Shown here: piece by piece, positions 40,578-50,237 of the stretch
Layout: the number at the start of each line of letters is the position of its first letter
Numbering within the stretch: the stretch's first letter is position 1
NCBI GenBank assembly: GCA_024279035.1
Contig: JAJRSA010000013.1
Location: 91,889 to 155,888 of the forward strand
Reading direction: 5' to 3'
Length of the DNA: 64,000 bases
DNA from: Alphaproteobacteria bacterium
GTDB lineage: Bacteria > Pseudomonadota > Alphaproteobacteria > Micavibrionales > Micavibrionaceae
Program-made: the position numbers and the translations under genes
Notes under the pieces: generated by a model
Told to the model about the DNA's origin: nothing
Database searches by the model: none
Seen by the model: the letters and a program-made list of their open reading frames with translations, nothing else

Positions 40578-41999
40578 CTAGAAGGGAACTGTATATCCTA
40601 TTTTTTGGACATGAGCTTGGATCATGTCTTTTAAGCGTTCAAGCCCCTCTTCACTTATCCCCTCGGCGCGCACGGTGAGGGCATTTTGAGTGTTGGAGGC
40701 GCGGACTAGCCACCAACCATCTTCTGTAGAGACGCGCACGCCGTCAGTGTCATTTATGTCCATACCGTCTTGTGCGCTATCTTTCACGTTCTGAACCAAA
40801 GTGGCTAACTTTTCAAATTTTGTGGCTTCGTCTACGTCAAAGCGAATCTCGGGCGTGCTAAAGGACTTAGGCATATGGGAGGTCATCTCAGAAAGGGTTT
40901 GACCAGACTCCGCAATGGTATTTAAAAGACGGATAGAACAGTAAAGTGCATCATCATAGCCATAATAACGGTCTGCAAAGAAAATGTGCCCGCTTAATTC
41001 TCCTGCCAGAGGCGATTTAATCTCTGCCATTTTTGTTTTGATCAAAGAATGTCCTGTTTTCCACATGACGGGTTGTCCGCCGAGGGACTTAATTTCATCA
41101 AACATGGTTTTTGAGCATTTCATGTCGCCTACAATCGGGGCGTTTGGATGCGTTTTGAGGACGGATTTAGCATAGAGAGAAAGGAGGATGTCACAGCGCA
41201 GAATGTCCCCCTTATTGTCTACAACACCAATACGATCCGCATCGCCATCAAAGGCAATTCCGAAATCAGCTTTGTTCTCTTTGACGGCAGTGATCAAATC
41301 TTCAAGATTTTTGTCAACGGTCGGATCTGGATGGTGATTTGGGAACGTTGCATCAATCTCTTCATAGAGAAGGTGGTGCTCTCCTGGTAATTTTTTAACA
41401 AGACGTTGGAGGAGGTCTCCTGCGGCACCATTACCATTATCCCAGACGACTTTGAAGGGTCTGTCTGTGTCAAGATCAGCGAGAATACGGGTGAGGTATT
41501 CTTCAGAGAGATCAATCTTTGTATATGTACCTTCGCCTGTTTCGTAATTAGCTTCGGAGGCAATTTGTCCAAGTTCTTGAACCAATGCGCCGTAGACGGA
41601 TTGGTTTTGGAAAATCATCTTAAATCCGTTATAGTTGGAAGGATTATGAGAGCCTGTAATCATAATTCCTGCATCTTCTTTACGGGATTTAACGGCAAAA
41701 TAGAGCATGGGGGAGGGCCCAAGCCCAATATCTGTGACATCAACCCCTGTCGAGAGTAAGCCTTGTGCGACAGCATCTGCATAAATAGGGGAGGTTTCAC
41801 GTCCATCATAGCCAACGGCAACGGTTTTTCCTCCACGATGTCTGACCATTGTGCCAAAGGCACACCCAATCGCAAAGGCATCTTCCGCTGTGATGTCTTG
41901 GTCAACAATGCCTCGAATATCATATTCACGAAGAATGGAAGGAGTGAATGTGTGAGGTGTACGCGTGTAGGCCGTTGTGTGTGTCGAGGCTGTTTGCAT
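40578..41999 (-). CDS. Phosphomannomutase/phosphoglucomutase
   Basis: 473 aa. Phosphoserine loop TGSHNPSNYNGFK, Mg site FDGDADR and sugar loop GELSGH. Confidence 0.92.
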   Translation of the reverse strand: MQTASTHTTAYTRTPHTFTPSILREYDIRGIVDQDITAEDAFAIGCAFGTMVRHRGGKTVAVGYDGRETSPIYADAVAQGLLSTGVDVTDIGLGPSPMLYFAVKSRKEDAGIMITGSHNPSNYNGFKMIFQNQSVYGALVQELGQIASEANYETGEGTYTKIDLSEEYLTRILADLDTDRPFKVVWDNGNGAAGDLLQRLVKKLPGEHHLLYEEIDATFPNHHPDPTVDKNLEDLITAVKENKADFGIAFDGDADRIGVVDNKGDILRCDILLSLYAKSVLKTHPNAPIVGDMKCSKTMFDEIKSLGGQPVMWKTGHSLIKTKMAEIKSPLAGELSGHIFFADRYYGYDDALYCSIRLLNTIAESGQTLSEMTSHMPKSFSTPEIRFDVDEATKFEKLATLVQNVKDSAQDGMDINDTDGVRVSTEDGWWLVRASNTQNALTVRAEGISEEGLERLKDMIQAHVQKIGYTVPF

Positions 42000-42115
42000 G
42001 GGTATGACTCTCTAAGTGTTTTGCGTTGTAAATGCAAAAACTATAAAGAATTTCCCTTATGAATACGAGTCATGATTTCTAGTTTTTCTGCCCATAGAAA
42101 ATAATAAAACTTACA

Positions 42116-43522
42116 TTACCCCTTAATATGGACATTACTGAGTTCTCGGCTGATGCTTTCGAACACATCAATGAGAGCGTCATGTCCTAACGCATCATAG
42201 TAATTATCTGGATCTGTGGCGCATCGTTCATACACCTCGCGGGTGTCGTCATCGATGTTGTAGAGGGGGTTTCCTCCGCCGTCAGTGCCTGTTTGATAAC
42301 TGAAGGTAATGGTATAGATGAGGATGCCGTCTGCTTTCATATTTGTGCAGGTCTCTTCCAATCGATCATTGAGATCATTTACATTAACGCTATGCTCTGT
42401 AAAGCCTCCATATCCGCTGTAATGGTCATTAATGTAGTTGTCTCCGTCGGTCATCATCACAACGGCTTTTTGCCATTTATCGTCTCCGTATGGGGCCCCT
42501 TCTGTGAAGGGCTCGGCGGGTGAAATGACACGGTATCCCCACGCCATCCCAAGATTTCCAAGGGTACTTCCCTCTGCAGAGAAGGTGTCTATGTGATCTG
42601 TGAGGGTTGTTTGATCCGAGGTTAAAGGAAGAATATGGGCGTTGTTGCACCACAGATTTGGACCATAATAATTATCATAGACAATGTAGTACCATGTTCC
42701 ATAGTAGTTTGACCACGATCTGTAGAAATTACTTTGAGAGGTCTGAAACGTGAATCTATACATATCCCATAGGGTTGTACTGTCACTATCTTCGGTGTCC
42801 TCGGGATAATCTAGAGCCAAAGCACATCCATGCCATTGCGAGAATTGAGATTGATCGAAAACCAGACTATTCGGGTTGTTCATAAAGGGGTCTCCATAGA
42901 TGCTGCCATCTGGATTGAAGCCCAAACCGTAAGGCCCAACATTGACGGCTGTGGCATAGGGAACAATTCCAACCTTAATTGTGTCCTCAAAAACGGCGCG
43001 ATCAAAAAGAATATCAATGAAATTCGTTGACGCTGTTTTAAGTACATCAATATTGGCGACGCCATCAATAACCGTTGCCATGGAGCCTGTGACATCAAGC
43101 ACAAGCGCGACTTCTAGTCCTAAAATTTCTCTGGCCACGATGCTTTCGGCATAGACTTCTATATTGTCCACCCCTAAAAATTTTGCAAAGAAGGTATCAT
43201 AATATGCGGTTGCAGAGACAATGATATCTGACCCATCAATAGTGAGGGTGATGTTTGAGGTTGCGCCGAGTTTCTCTGGGGGGTAATTTTGATCAAAGAA
43301 CTGATTTATTTTGCTTTGAATATCATCCCCTTCGTTGGCAGAGGCCGCCGCCGCAACGGCTGCGGCGTCAAGAGCATGAGAAAGACGTTGTTTAATCAGA
43401 TATGCAAAAGCTAAATCTGTGGACAACCCTGTGGCTCCGATGACAACAGGAATGGCAATGGCAAAAACAATCGCGGTCGCACCAGCTGTTTCTTTTATAT
43501 ATTTTCTAAATTTTTTAAACAT
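42116..43522 (-). CDS. tadG: TadG-like pilus-associated protein with a von Willebrand A domain
   Basis: N-terminal TadE/G-like anchor (GATAIVFAIAIPVVIGATGLSTDL) and a vWA MIDAS-like LVLDVTGSM. Follows two TadE-like genes. Confidence 0.7.
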   Translation of the reverse strand: MFKKFRKYIKETAGATAIVFAIAIPVVIGATGLSTDLAFAYLIKQRLSHALDAAAVAAAASANEGDDIQSKINQFFDQNYPPEKLGATSNITLTIDGSDIIVSATAYYDTFFAKFLGVDNIEVYAESIVAREILGLEVALVLDVTGSMATVIDGVANIDVLKTASTNFIDILFDRAVFEDTIKVGIVPYATAVNVGPYGLGFNPDGSIYGDPFMNNPNSLVFDQSQFSQWHGCALALDYPEDTEDSDSTTLWDMYRFTFQTSQSNFYRSWSNYYGTWYYIVYDNYYGPNLWCNNAHILPLTSDQTTLTDHIDTFSAEGSTLGNLGMAWGYRVISPAEPFTEGAPYGDDKWQKAVVMMTDGDNYINDHYSGYGGFTEHSVNVNDLNDRLEETCTNMKADGILIYTITFSYQTGTDGGGNPLYNIDDDTREVYERCATDPDNYYDALGHDALIDVFESISRELSNVHIKG

Positions 43523-43525
43523 GGC

Positions 43526-44053
43526 TTAGGTTCCCCATTCTACGGTTGGACTTCTGCGCCCACGTGAGAAAGCGACTTCTTGAAGATTAAAACTATTGGT
43601 AAAAAGGCCCGTGAAAAAAGGCGTGTAGGTATACCGAACAGTCACAATGACCATTCCTTCTCCTTCTGCGCCAAGCCCTATGGTGCTATTGACAGCATTA
43701 TCATTGGGAGACATATCACGTGTTTCTCTCCATAAGATAAGAGGGTCATTGTTTTCGTCAAATTCTATGCTTACAACATCAATGCCAAATCCATTGATAG
43801 CATAAGGTTCAAAGGTCACACGAGAGGCCTCGATAATATTGTTCACATCACCTAGGGAAACTGTTTTGTTTCTAGAGATAAGATCTGAGGCCACTTGAGA
43901 GGCTGTAATGGTTTTCTGATTAAGGGCGATCCCAAACCCCAGATCAAACGTGCCCATGAGCAGTGTAATCAGAGGAGGGAAGAGCAAGACGGCTTCCATC
44001 AAGGCGGTGGCTTTGTCTTCTTTGATCCATCGTTTTAGGAGAGTCATCTTCAT
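43526..44053 (-). CDS. TadE/TadF-like pseudopilin
   Basis: TadE-like N-terminus KATALMEAVLLFPPLITLLMGTFDLG. The ORF is open to 44098, but the Met at 44053 abuts the upstream stop at 44055. Confidence 0.68.
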   Translation of the reverse strand: MKMTLLKRWIKEDKATALMEAVLLFPPLITLLMGTFDLGFGIALNQKTITASQVASDLISRNKTVSLGDVNNIIEASRVTFEPYAINGFGIDVVSIEFDENNDPLILWRETRDMSPNDNAVNSTIGLGAEGEGMVIVTVRYTYTPFFTGLFTNSFNLQEVAFSRGRRSPTVEWGT

Positions 44054-44054
44054 T

Positions 44055-44594
44055 TTACACGCCCTCCTCAAAATCATAAGGTTCAGTTTGTAAAACAATG
44101 GTCGATAAAATAAGACGTGAATTGCTTGACCCTTCTCCTAAAATGGGTCCCAGAAGAGGAGTCATGAAATTATAACGATACATGGCGCGGATAAGAACCA
44201 CATCGTTTACTCCTCCTGCTGTAAACCCATTGTAGATAAGATCACCATTGGCATCATATTGAACAGGATAGTTCGAAAAATCACTGAAATCATCAAGAGT
44301 AATGACTTCATATTTTATGTCTCCACAGGAAATAAAGACAGCCGCATGGTCACATAAGGCATCTTCGAACATTTGTTGTGGATCTCCTGCTGCTTGTTGG
44401 ACTTGTCCTGTGCGGACAAGACGAGCGGCCTCTTCTGCGGCGCCATGGAGGAGGCTTGTCGTTGCAAAATACAAAGAGAGCTCAATAATTCCAATGAGAA
44501 TAAAGGTAAAAGGCACAGCAATCATGGCAAACTCAATCGCTGTTGAGCCATCCTTTTTCTGCATGAATTGTCTTAGTAAACACAACATAACCAC
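44055..44594 (-). CDS. TadE-like pseudopilin
   Basis: TadE-like N-terminus DGSTAIEFAMIAVPFTFILIGIIELSLYF. Confidence 0.7.
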   Translation of the reverse strand: MVMLCLLRQFMQKKDGSTAIEFAMIAVPFTFILIGIIELSLYFATTSLLHGAAEEAARLVRTGQVQQAAGDPQQMFEDALCDHAAVFISCGDIKYEVITLDDFSDFSNYPVQYDANGDLIYNGFTAGGVNDVVLIRAMYRYNFMTPLLGPILGEGSSNSRLILSTIVLQTEPYDFEEGV

Positions 44595-44801
44595 CTCTAT
44601 TGGCCGTTCTTTCGACCTTTTATTGACCTTCTGAGTTTATCAAAGAATGTTAAAGAGGAACTTAATTAAGGATGGTATTTTAGAGATGTTTGAAAGACTT
44701 TTTAGGGATTTATTAATGCTCAAGACTAGATAAGAGAGACAGGGGTGAAATTTGAAAAAATCAGCGTTTAATGTGTCTGGAGGCCATGCTACACTGCTCT
44801 C

Positions 44802-46331
44802 ATGAATAAAGTTACACAGGCATATTTTGATCTCTGCATTATTGGCGGAGGGATCAATGGGGTGGGAATTGCACGGGATGTTGCGGGGCGAGGGCTTTCG
44901 ACCGTTCTTCTTGAGACGGGAGATCTTGGGCATGCAACGTCTTCCATGAGCAGTAAGATGATCCATGGGGGCTTGCGCTATCTGGAGCATTATGAGTTTT
45001 CTTTGGTGCGCAAGGCGTTGAAAGAGCGCAATGTTCTTTTGACTGCAGCGCCTCACATTATCCGTCCTTTACGATTGATAGTCCCCCATGAGCCCTATTT
45101 GCGCCCTGCGTGGTTGATACGATTAGGGTTGTTACTCTATGATTTTTTAGCGGTGCGCCATCGAAAATTGAAACGGTCATTTGGCTTTCGTTTGAAAGAT
45201 ACACCTCATGAAAACATTTTAAAGTCTTCTTATAAAAAGGCATTTTCCTATGCGGATTGCTGGGTGGAGGATTCTCGTCTTGTGGTGTTAACGGCAATGG
45301 ATGCGGTGAAAAAAGGGGCGCACATTCGTCCTCGCCATGAATGTCTTTCAGCCGTACGTAAAGGGGGGCGATGGTTGATTACGGTTCAAGACCATGTCAC
45401 AGGGCAGAGTTATTGCATTACGGCAAAAATGCTTGTGAATGCCGCAGGGCCTTGGGTGAAGACTTTTCTGGATCAGAATAATTTAACCACGTCTCACACG
45501 CCTGATATTCGTTTGGTGAAGGGCTCGCATATCATTGTTGATCGTCTCTATACAGGAGACCATGCCTATCTTCTTCAACAACCGGATAAACGTGTGGTGT
45601 TTGTGTTTCCCTATGAAGGAAAATATTCTCTGATCGGGACAACGGAAGAGTTGCATGAGAGTGACCCGAAAGAGGCTAAAATATCTAATGCAGAGATTGA
45701 TTATTTATGTGCTGCCGTGAATAGAAGCTTTCAAAGAACGATAGATCCTGATGATATTCTCTGGAGTTACAGTGGGGTACGACCTTTATTGGAAGACGGA
45801 GAAGACAATACTTCTGCTGTGACACGGGATTATAAGATTGTTGTAGAAGAGGGACGTGCGCCATTACTTTCCGTTTTTGGAGGCAAGATTACAACCTATC
45901 GAAAATTGGCAGAGAAAGCGACGTCACAGATTTTTCATGCTTTGGGCAAAGAGGATCTGAAAGGACAATGGACACACACACAGCCTCTTCCTGGAGGGGC
46001 TCTTCCACAAAAAGATTTTGATCTCTTTTTAGAAGATCAAGCGCAACGAAGGCCTTGGGTGCCAATGGCATTGCTTACGCGCTATGCCCATTCTTATGGA
46101 ACAAATATGGATAAAATCCTTCACCATGGAGACTCTCTTGTTGGACTGGGGCGCCATTATGGAGATCATGTGTACGAAAAAGAAATGGCCTATATGATTA
46201 ATCATGAAATGGCGCTCACCCTTGAAGACATTCTCTGGAGACGCTCGAAGCTGGGACTTCATATTACGGCGGATACAGAAAAAAATATTGAGGAAGATTT
46301 GCCTCGTTTGTTACAGGAGAAACCTATATGA
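44802..46331 (+). CDS. glpD: Glycerol-3-phosphate dehydrogenase (FAD-dependent)
   Basis: 509 aa. FAD-binding fold DLCIIGGGINGVGIARD. Followed by glpK. Confidence 0.92.
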   Translation: MNKVTQAYFDLCIIGGGINGVGIARDVAGRGLSTVLLETGDLGHATSSMSSKMIHGGLRYLEHYEFSLVRKALKERNVLLTAAPHIIRPLRLIVPHEPYLRPAWLIRLGLLLYDFLAVRHRKLKRSFGFRLKDTPHENILKSSYKKAFSYADCWVEDSRLVVLTAMDAVKKGAHIRPRHECLSAVRKGGRWLITVQDHVTGQSYCITAKMLVNAAGPWVKTFLDQNNLTTSHTPDIRLVKGSHIIVDRLYTGDHAYLLQQPDKRVVFVFPYEGKYSLIGTTEELHESDPKEAKISNAEIDYLCAAVNRSFQRTIDPDDILWSYSGVRPLLEDGEDNTSAVTRDYKIVVEEGRAPLLSVFGGKITTYRKLAEKATSQIFHALGKEDLKGQWTHTQPLPGGALPQKDFDLFLEDQAQRRPWVPMALLTRYAHSYGTNMDKILHHGDSLVGLGRHYGDHVYEKEMAYMINHEMALTLEDILWRRSKLGLHITADTEKNIEEDLPRLLQEKPI

Positions 46332-47806
46332 GTATTCTTTCTATTGATCAAGGGACAACAAGCTCCCGCGCCATCCTCTTTTCTGAAGAGGGAGAAATTC
46401 TGGAAACCAGACAAAAAGAGCTGACACTGGTCTATCCGCAGAAGGGGTGGGTAGAGCAAGATCCTGAACATATTTGGCAGGACACGTTGTGGGCGTGTGA
46501 AGAGATTTTAGACCATCACAAAGATGTGCACGCGTTGGGGATTACCAATCAGAGGGAAACGACCCTTGTTTGGAATAAGGTCACAGGCCAGACTCTTTAT
46601 AATGCGATTGTTTGGCAAGACCGTCGGACGGCGGAACTCTGTGAGTCTCTGAAGGAGAATGAGGCTATGGTACAGCGTAAAACAGGCTTGATGCTCGACC
46701 CTTATTTTTCAGCCACTAAAATTGCATGGATTCTTGATCATGTTGAGGGGGCGAGGGCTTTGGCTGATAAGGGCGCGCTTGCCTTTGGCACAGTAGATTG
46801 TTTCCTCATCTGGCGTTTAACACAAGGAAAACAGCATCTGACGGACATCACCAATGCCTCTCGCACGATGCTTTATAATGTTGTTGAGCAGAAATGGGAT
46901 GAAGAGCTGTGTACTCTGTTTCATATTCCCATGAGTATGCTCCCCGACGTGAAAGAAAATGTGGATGAGTATGGACAGGCTACAGCGTTAAGCCAGCCTC
47001 TGCCCATTTGTGGTGTGGCAGGTGATCAGCAGGCCGCTCTGATTGGGCAGGCCTGTTTTGAAACAGGGATGGTGAAATCAACCTATGGGACGGGGTGCTT
47101 TGCACTTATGAATATTGGGACTCACTTTAAAGTCTCAAAGAATCGTCTGTTGACGACGGTGGCCTATAAAATCAATGGGCAGATAAACTATGCTCTTGAA
47201 GGCTCTATCTTTGTAGCAGGTGCTGCGATTCAATGGCTCAGAGACAATCTTGAATTCTTTGAAGAGGCAAAAGACAGTGAAGCATTGGCACGCTCTGTGG
47301 AAGACAGTAATGGGGTTACGTTTGTGCCTGCCTTTACAGGGTTAGGCGCGCCGTACTGGAATCCTAACGCGAGAGCCGCTATTCTAGGCCTCACACGAGA
47401 GAGTAATAAAGCCCATATTACGCGGGCAGCGCTTGAGGCTCAAGCATTTCAGACGTATGATTTGATGGGAGCGATGGAAAAAGACTCTGGGGGAGAGTCC
47501 CAAATTATTCGTGTAGATGGAGGGCTTGTTCACAATCAATTTGTCTGTCAGTTCCTCGCTGATATCTTGGAGGTACAAATTGATGTGCCCGTGATCACAG
47601 AAACAACGGCTTTAGGTGCGGCCTATCTGGCGGGGATTGGGGCAGGATTTTATAAGGGGCTGGAGGATATTTCAAAGAGATGGCATTTAGAGCGTTCTTT
47701 TTCTCCTGCAATGGATTTGGGTACACGTCAGGAGGCGCTCAAAAGATGGGAAGAGTCTGTGCGCCTAATTAATCAATCACCTTCTTTTTTAACCAATTAT
47801 GTGTAG
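46328..47806 (+). CDS. glpK: Glycerol kinase
   Basis: 492 aa. FGGY motifs SIDQGTTSSRAILF and ITNQRETTLVW. 4-nt overlap with glpD. Confidence 0.96.
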   Translation: MSILSIDQGTTSSRAILFSEEGEILETRQKELTLVYPQKGWVEQDPEHIWQDTLWACEEILDHHKDVHALGITNQRETTLVWNKVTGQTLYNAIVWQDRRTAELCESLKENEAMVQRKTGLMLDPYFSATKIAWILDHVEGARALADKGALAFGTVDCFLIWRLTQGKQHLTDITNASRTMLYNVVEQKWDEELCTLFHIPMSMLPDVKENVDEYGQATALSQPLPICGVAGDQQAALIGQACFETGMVKSTYGTGCFALMNIGTHFKVSKNRLLTTVAYKINGQINYALEGSIFVAGAAIQWLRDNLEFFEEAKDSEALARSVEDSNGVTFVPAFTGLGAPYWNPNARAAILGLTRESNKAHITRAALEAQAFQTYDLMGAMEKDSGGESQIIRVDGGLVHNQFVCQFLADILEVQIDVPVITETTALGAAYLAGIGAGFYKGLEDISKRWHLERSFSPAMDLGTRQEALKRWEESVRLINQSPSFLTNYV

Positions 47807-47815
47807 ACTTTAGAG

Positions 47816-49576
47816 ATGGTGTCGTCTGGATCAGGATCGTTTCCGTCATTGAGTGGAGCAAGCGCTGCGCAGATCAATGCGCGGACGCAACAAGTGGCTG
47901 TGCGTTTGTTGAACGTGCCTGAGCCGTTACAAAATAATAGCCAAGCGGTACGCGTGGAGGGAGAAATTATCTCCTCAGGGCCAGAGAGAACATTGGTGGT
48001 GCGGACAGAGCATGGGGAGGTGTCTGTACAAACGAAAGGCTCTGTGCGTCTTCGTGAAGGACAAAAAATCCAAATTGATGTGCCTGCAAACGGTGCAAAA
48101 GAGGCGCTCATAAGACCGTCTTTGCAAGGGGGAAAAGGGGGAGGGGTGAGTGAAACGCCTTCACTTTTAAAGGCTGTGGCAGATAAGCTTACCTCGTTTG
48201 CACGTAAAGCGGATGTGCCCAAAGCCCTTGTCACACAAGCTCAAATTTTAAACACAGACGGGAAGAATAACACCATAAAAACAGCCTCTTTGCTCCCCAA
48301 TAGTGCGGTTAGGTTGTCGTCTGTTTTGGGGCAAGGGCTTTCATTGTCCCCCGTCAATGGTAGCCAAACATTTCTAGCCTCTGTGATAAATCCAATTCTC
48401 TCTCTCCCTGTGACGGGGCAGTCGCTACAAACGGTGCCGTTGTCTTTTTCCAATAACTCTCTTTTTCACTCTGTTGTGTCGGGGGACGTGTCTGGAGGAG
48501 GAGGGCAGGTGATACACTCTGCTTTTGTGACGCAGGGGCCTGTGACCTCTCATGGTACTCTTCATTCAGGCCAGCATTTTGCCTTTCCTGTTTCTTTAAA
48601 TGGGCAGGGGGCAACGTTTGATGCCCGAGTTTTGTCTCATTTTCTGTCTTCCCCTGTGTCTAATCTGTTTTTGCCTGCTCAAGAGGGCGGACAAAACTTT
48701 CTTTTGAATGGGCAGAGTACGGCACTGACCTTTGAAGTGACGGGATTTACTTCTTTGCATCAGCCGATTGTCACACCTCTCTTTGCAACCCATGGAGATG
48801 GGCAGGTGAACAATTTTCCACCCTCTTTTGTGTTACAGTTTCCCGCAGGCAATGTCTCTGTTGGGCAGACGATTGCGTTTCAGCCACTGGGATGGGGGCA
48901 GGGGAGCAGTGGTGCTGCTCCGCTTGACCCTTTATCCTCTCTGATGACGATGATTAAAGAATTACACGCGGTTTCTCCTGCTTTGGCACAGGCTTTGTCT
49001 GTTTTAACACCCTCCGTGTCAGCCCCTCAACAGATGGGGACATCGATCTTGTTTTTATTTGCAGCGTTACAAAGTGGAAATATAGAGAGCTGGGTTGGCA
49101 GTGGGATGGATAAATTATCCGCCCGTCACAAGATTTTAGAGGCGTTGGAGCAGGCTTTAAAAGAGGGGGTTCAACCGCGCATGGTGTCAAATCCCTCTAC
49201 AGGAGACTGGCGTGCCTATAGCTTTCCACTGCTCTCTCAAGACACTGCTGTGCCTGTCTCTCTTTATGTACAGGACTACTCTGATCAACAAGATCAAGGT
49301 GCACAAGACAATGAAGAAGAGGCTCTTCCTACACGTTTTATCTTTGAGTTTGATCTTACTCATATGGGAGAGGTGCAAGTCGATGGATTAATGCGAGAGA
49401 AAAATGTTGATATCTTTGTGCGGACTCAAAGAGAGTTGAGTGCAGAGATGAAAAAGACAGTGCGCGCGCTCTATCTCAATGCTCTTGACCGTTCAGAGCT
49501 GACAGGGGACATTGCTTTTCAAAGTGAGAGGCATAAATGGGTTGAGGTGGAAGACAATAAAAAAGCCAGCATATAA
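47816..49576 (+). CDS. FliK-like flagellar hook-length control protein (putative)
   Basis: 586 aa. Long Ser/Gly/Pro/Gln-rich low-complexity centre and a C-terminal Flg_hook-like block RFIFEFDLTHMGEVQVDGLMREKNVDIFVRTQRELSAEMKKTVRALYLNALDRSELTGDIAF. Confidence 0.5.
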   Translation: MVSSGSGSFPSLSGASAAQINARTQQVAVRLLNVPEPLQNNSQAVRVEGEIISSGPERTLVVRTEHGEVSVQTKGSVRLREGQKIQIDVPANGAKEALIRPSLQGGKGGGVSETPSLLKAVADKLTSFARKADVPKALVTQAQILNTDGKNNTIKTASLLPNSAVRLSSVLGQGLSLSPVNGSQTFLASVINPILSLPVTGQSLQTVPLSFSNNSLFHSVVSGDVSGGGGQVIHSAFVTQGPVTSHGTLHSGQHFAFPVSLNGQGATFDARVLSHFLSSPVSNLFLPAQEGGQNFLLNGQSTALTFEVTGFTSLHQPIVTPLFATHGDGQVNNFPPSFVLQFPAGNVSVGQTIAFQPLGWGQGSSGAAPLDPLSSLMTMIKELHAVSPALAQALSVLTPSVSAPQQMGTSILFLFAALQSGNIESWVGSGMDKLSARHKILEALEQALKEGVQPRMVSNPSTGDWRAYSFPLLSQDTAVPVSLYVQDYSDQQDQGAQDNEEEALPTRFIFEFDLTHMGEVQVDGLMREKNVDIFVRTQRELSAEMKKTVRALYLNALDRSELTGDIAFQSERHKWVEVEDNKKASI

Positions 49577-49596
49577 ACTGGCTTTTGTTGTTTTTT
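49561..49596 (+). terminator. Intrinsic terminator between the convergent FliK-like and cyclophilin genes
   Basis: Stem AAAAGCCAG/CTGGCTTTT with an 8-nt loop that contains the stop codon, followed by GTTGTTTTTT. The A-run on the other side makes it potentially bidirectional. Confidence 0.6.
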
Positions 49597-49612
49597 GGTT
49601 ATTTTAAAGCTG

Positions 49613-50173
49613 TTACTGTGCTTGCGCTTCTTTGGCAGGCTCATGCACCACATCATCTGTGTTTGGAGCTGTTTGCGCAGGGCGGAAGGATACTATTTTA
49701 TCAGGATCGGCAGGTGGCTCGCCTCGGTTGAGGGTGTCTACAATGTCCATACCTTCTGTGACTTTTCCCCATACTGTGTATTGGTTGTTGAGGAAGCTAC
49801 AATCATCAAAGCAGATAAAAAATTGTGAGTTTGCACTGTCTGGGTCAGAGGTTCGCGCCATCCCGATCACGCCACGTCCAAAATTAATATCATTAAATTC
49901 AGCGTTAAGATCAGGGTGCTCAGAGCCTCCTGATCCTGTCCCCGTTGGGTCACCTGTTTGCGCCATAAAGCCATCAATTACACGGTGAAACACAACATTG
50001 TCGTAAAACCCATCGTTGGCAAGCGTTGTGATGCGCTCAACATGTTTGGGGGCGACATCGGGATATGTCTCAATGACAATTTGACCTTTTGTTGTCTCCA
50101 TAACGAGACTATTTTCTGCGGATGCTGTACTCATAATTAGTAAACTCCATAATGCTATTAGAAGAATGCGCAT
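49613..50173 (-). CDS. Periplasmic peptidyl-prolyl cis-trans isomerase (cyclophilin type)
   Basis: Signal peptide MRILLIALWSLLIMSTASA and cyclophilin motif FHRVIDGFMAQTGDPTGTGSGG. Confidence 0.92.
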   Translation of the reverse strand: MRILLIALWSLLIMSTASAENSLVMETTKGQIVIETYPDVAPKHVERITTLANDGFYDNVVFHRVIDGFMAQTGDPTGTGSGGSEHPDLNAEFNDINFGRGVIGMARTSDPDSANSQFFICFDDCSFLNNQYTVWGKVTEGMDIVDTLNRGEPPADPDKIVSFRPAQTAPNTDDVVHEPAKEAQAQ

Positions 50174-50237
50174 TGGTATGACTCCTTCGTGTTATCGTTG
50201 TTTATTCCTTCATATTTACCGTGTGAAAAGGAAGGGG

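Noticed and set aside
44640-45056. 138-aa minus-strand ORF overlapping the glpD start; I also checked whether it could hide a Flp pilin upstream of the tadE-like gene
   Set aside because: It overlaps the FAD-binding N-terminus of GlpD in antisense. It has no Flp-like G/A-TAIEY hydrophobic leader motif.
47797-48234. 145-aa minus-strand ORF at the start of the FliK-like gene
   Set aside because: It is antisense to the longer 586-aa frame, which ends in a recognisable domain and a terminator. The product is Ser/Pro/Thr/Cys-rich with no start context.
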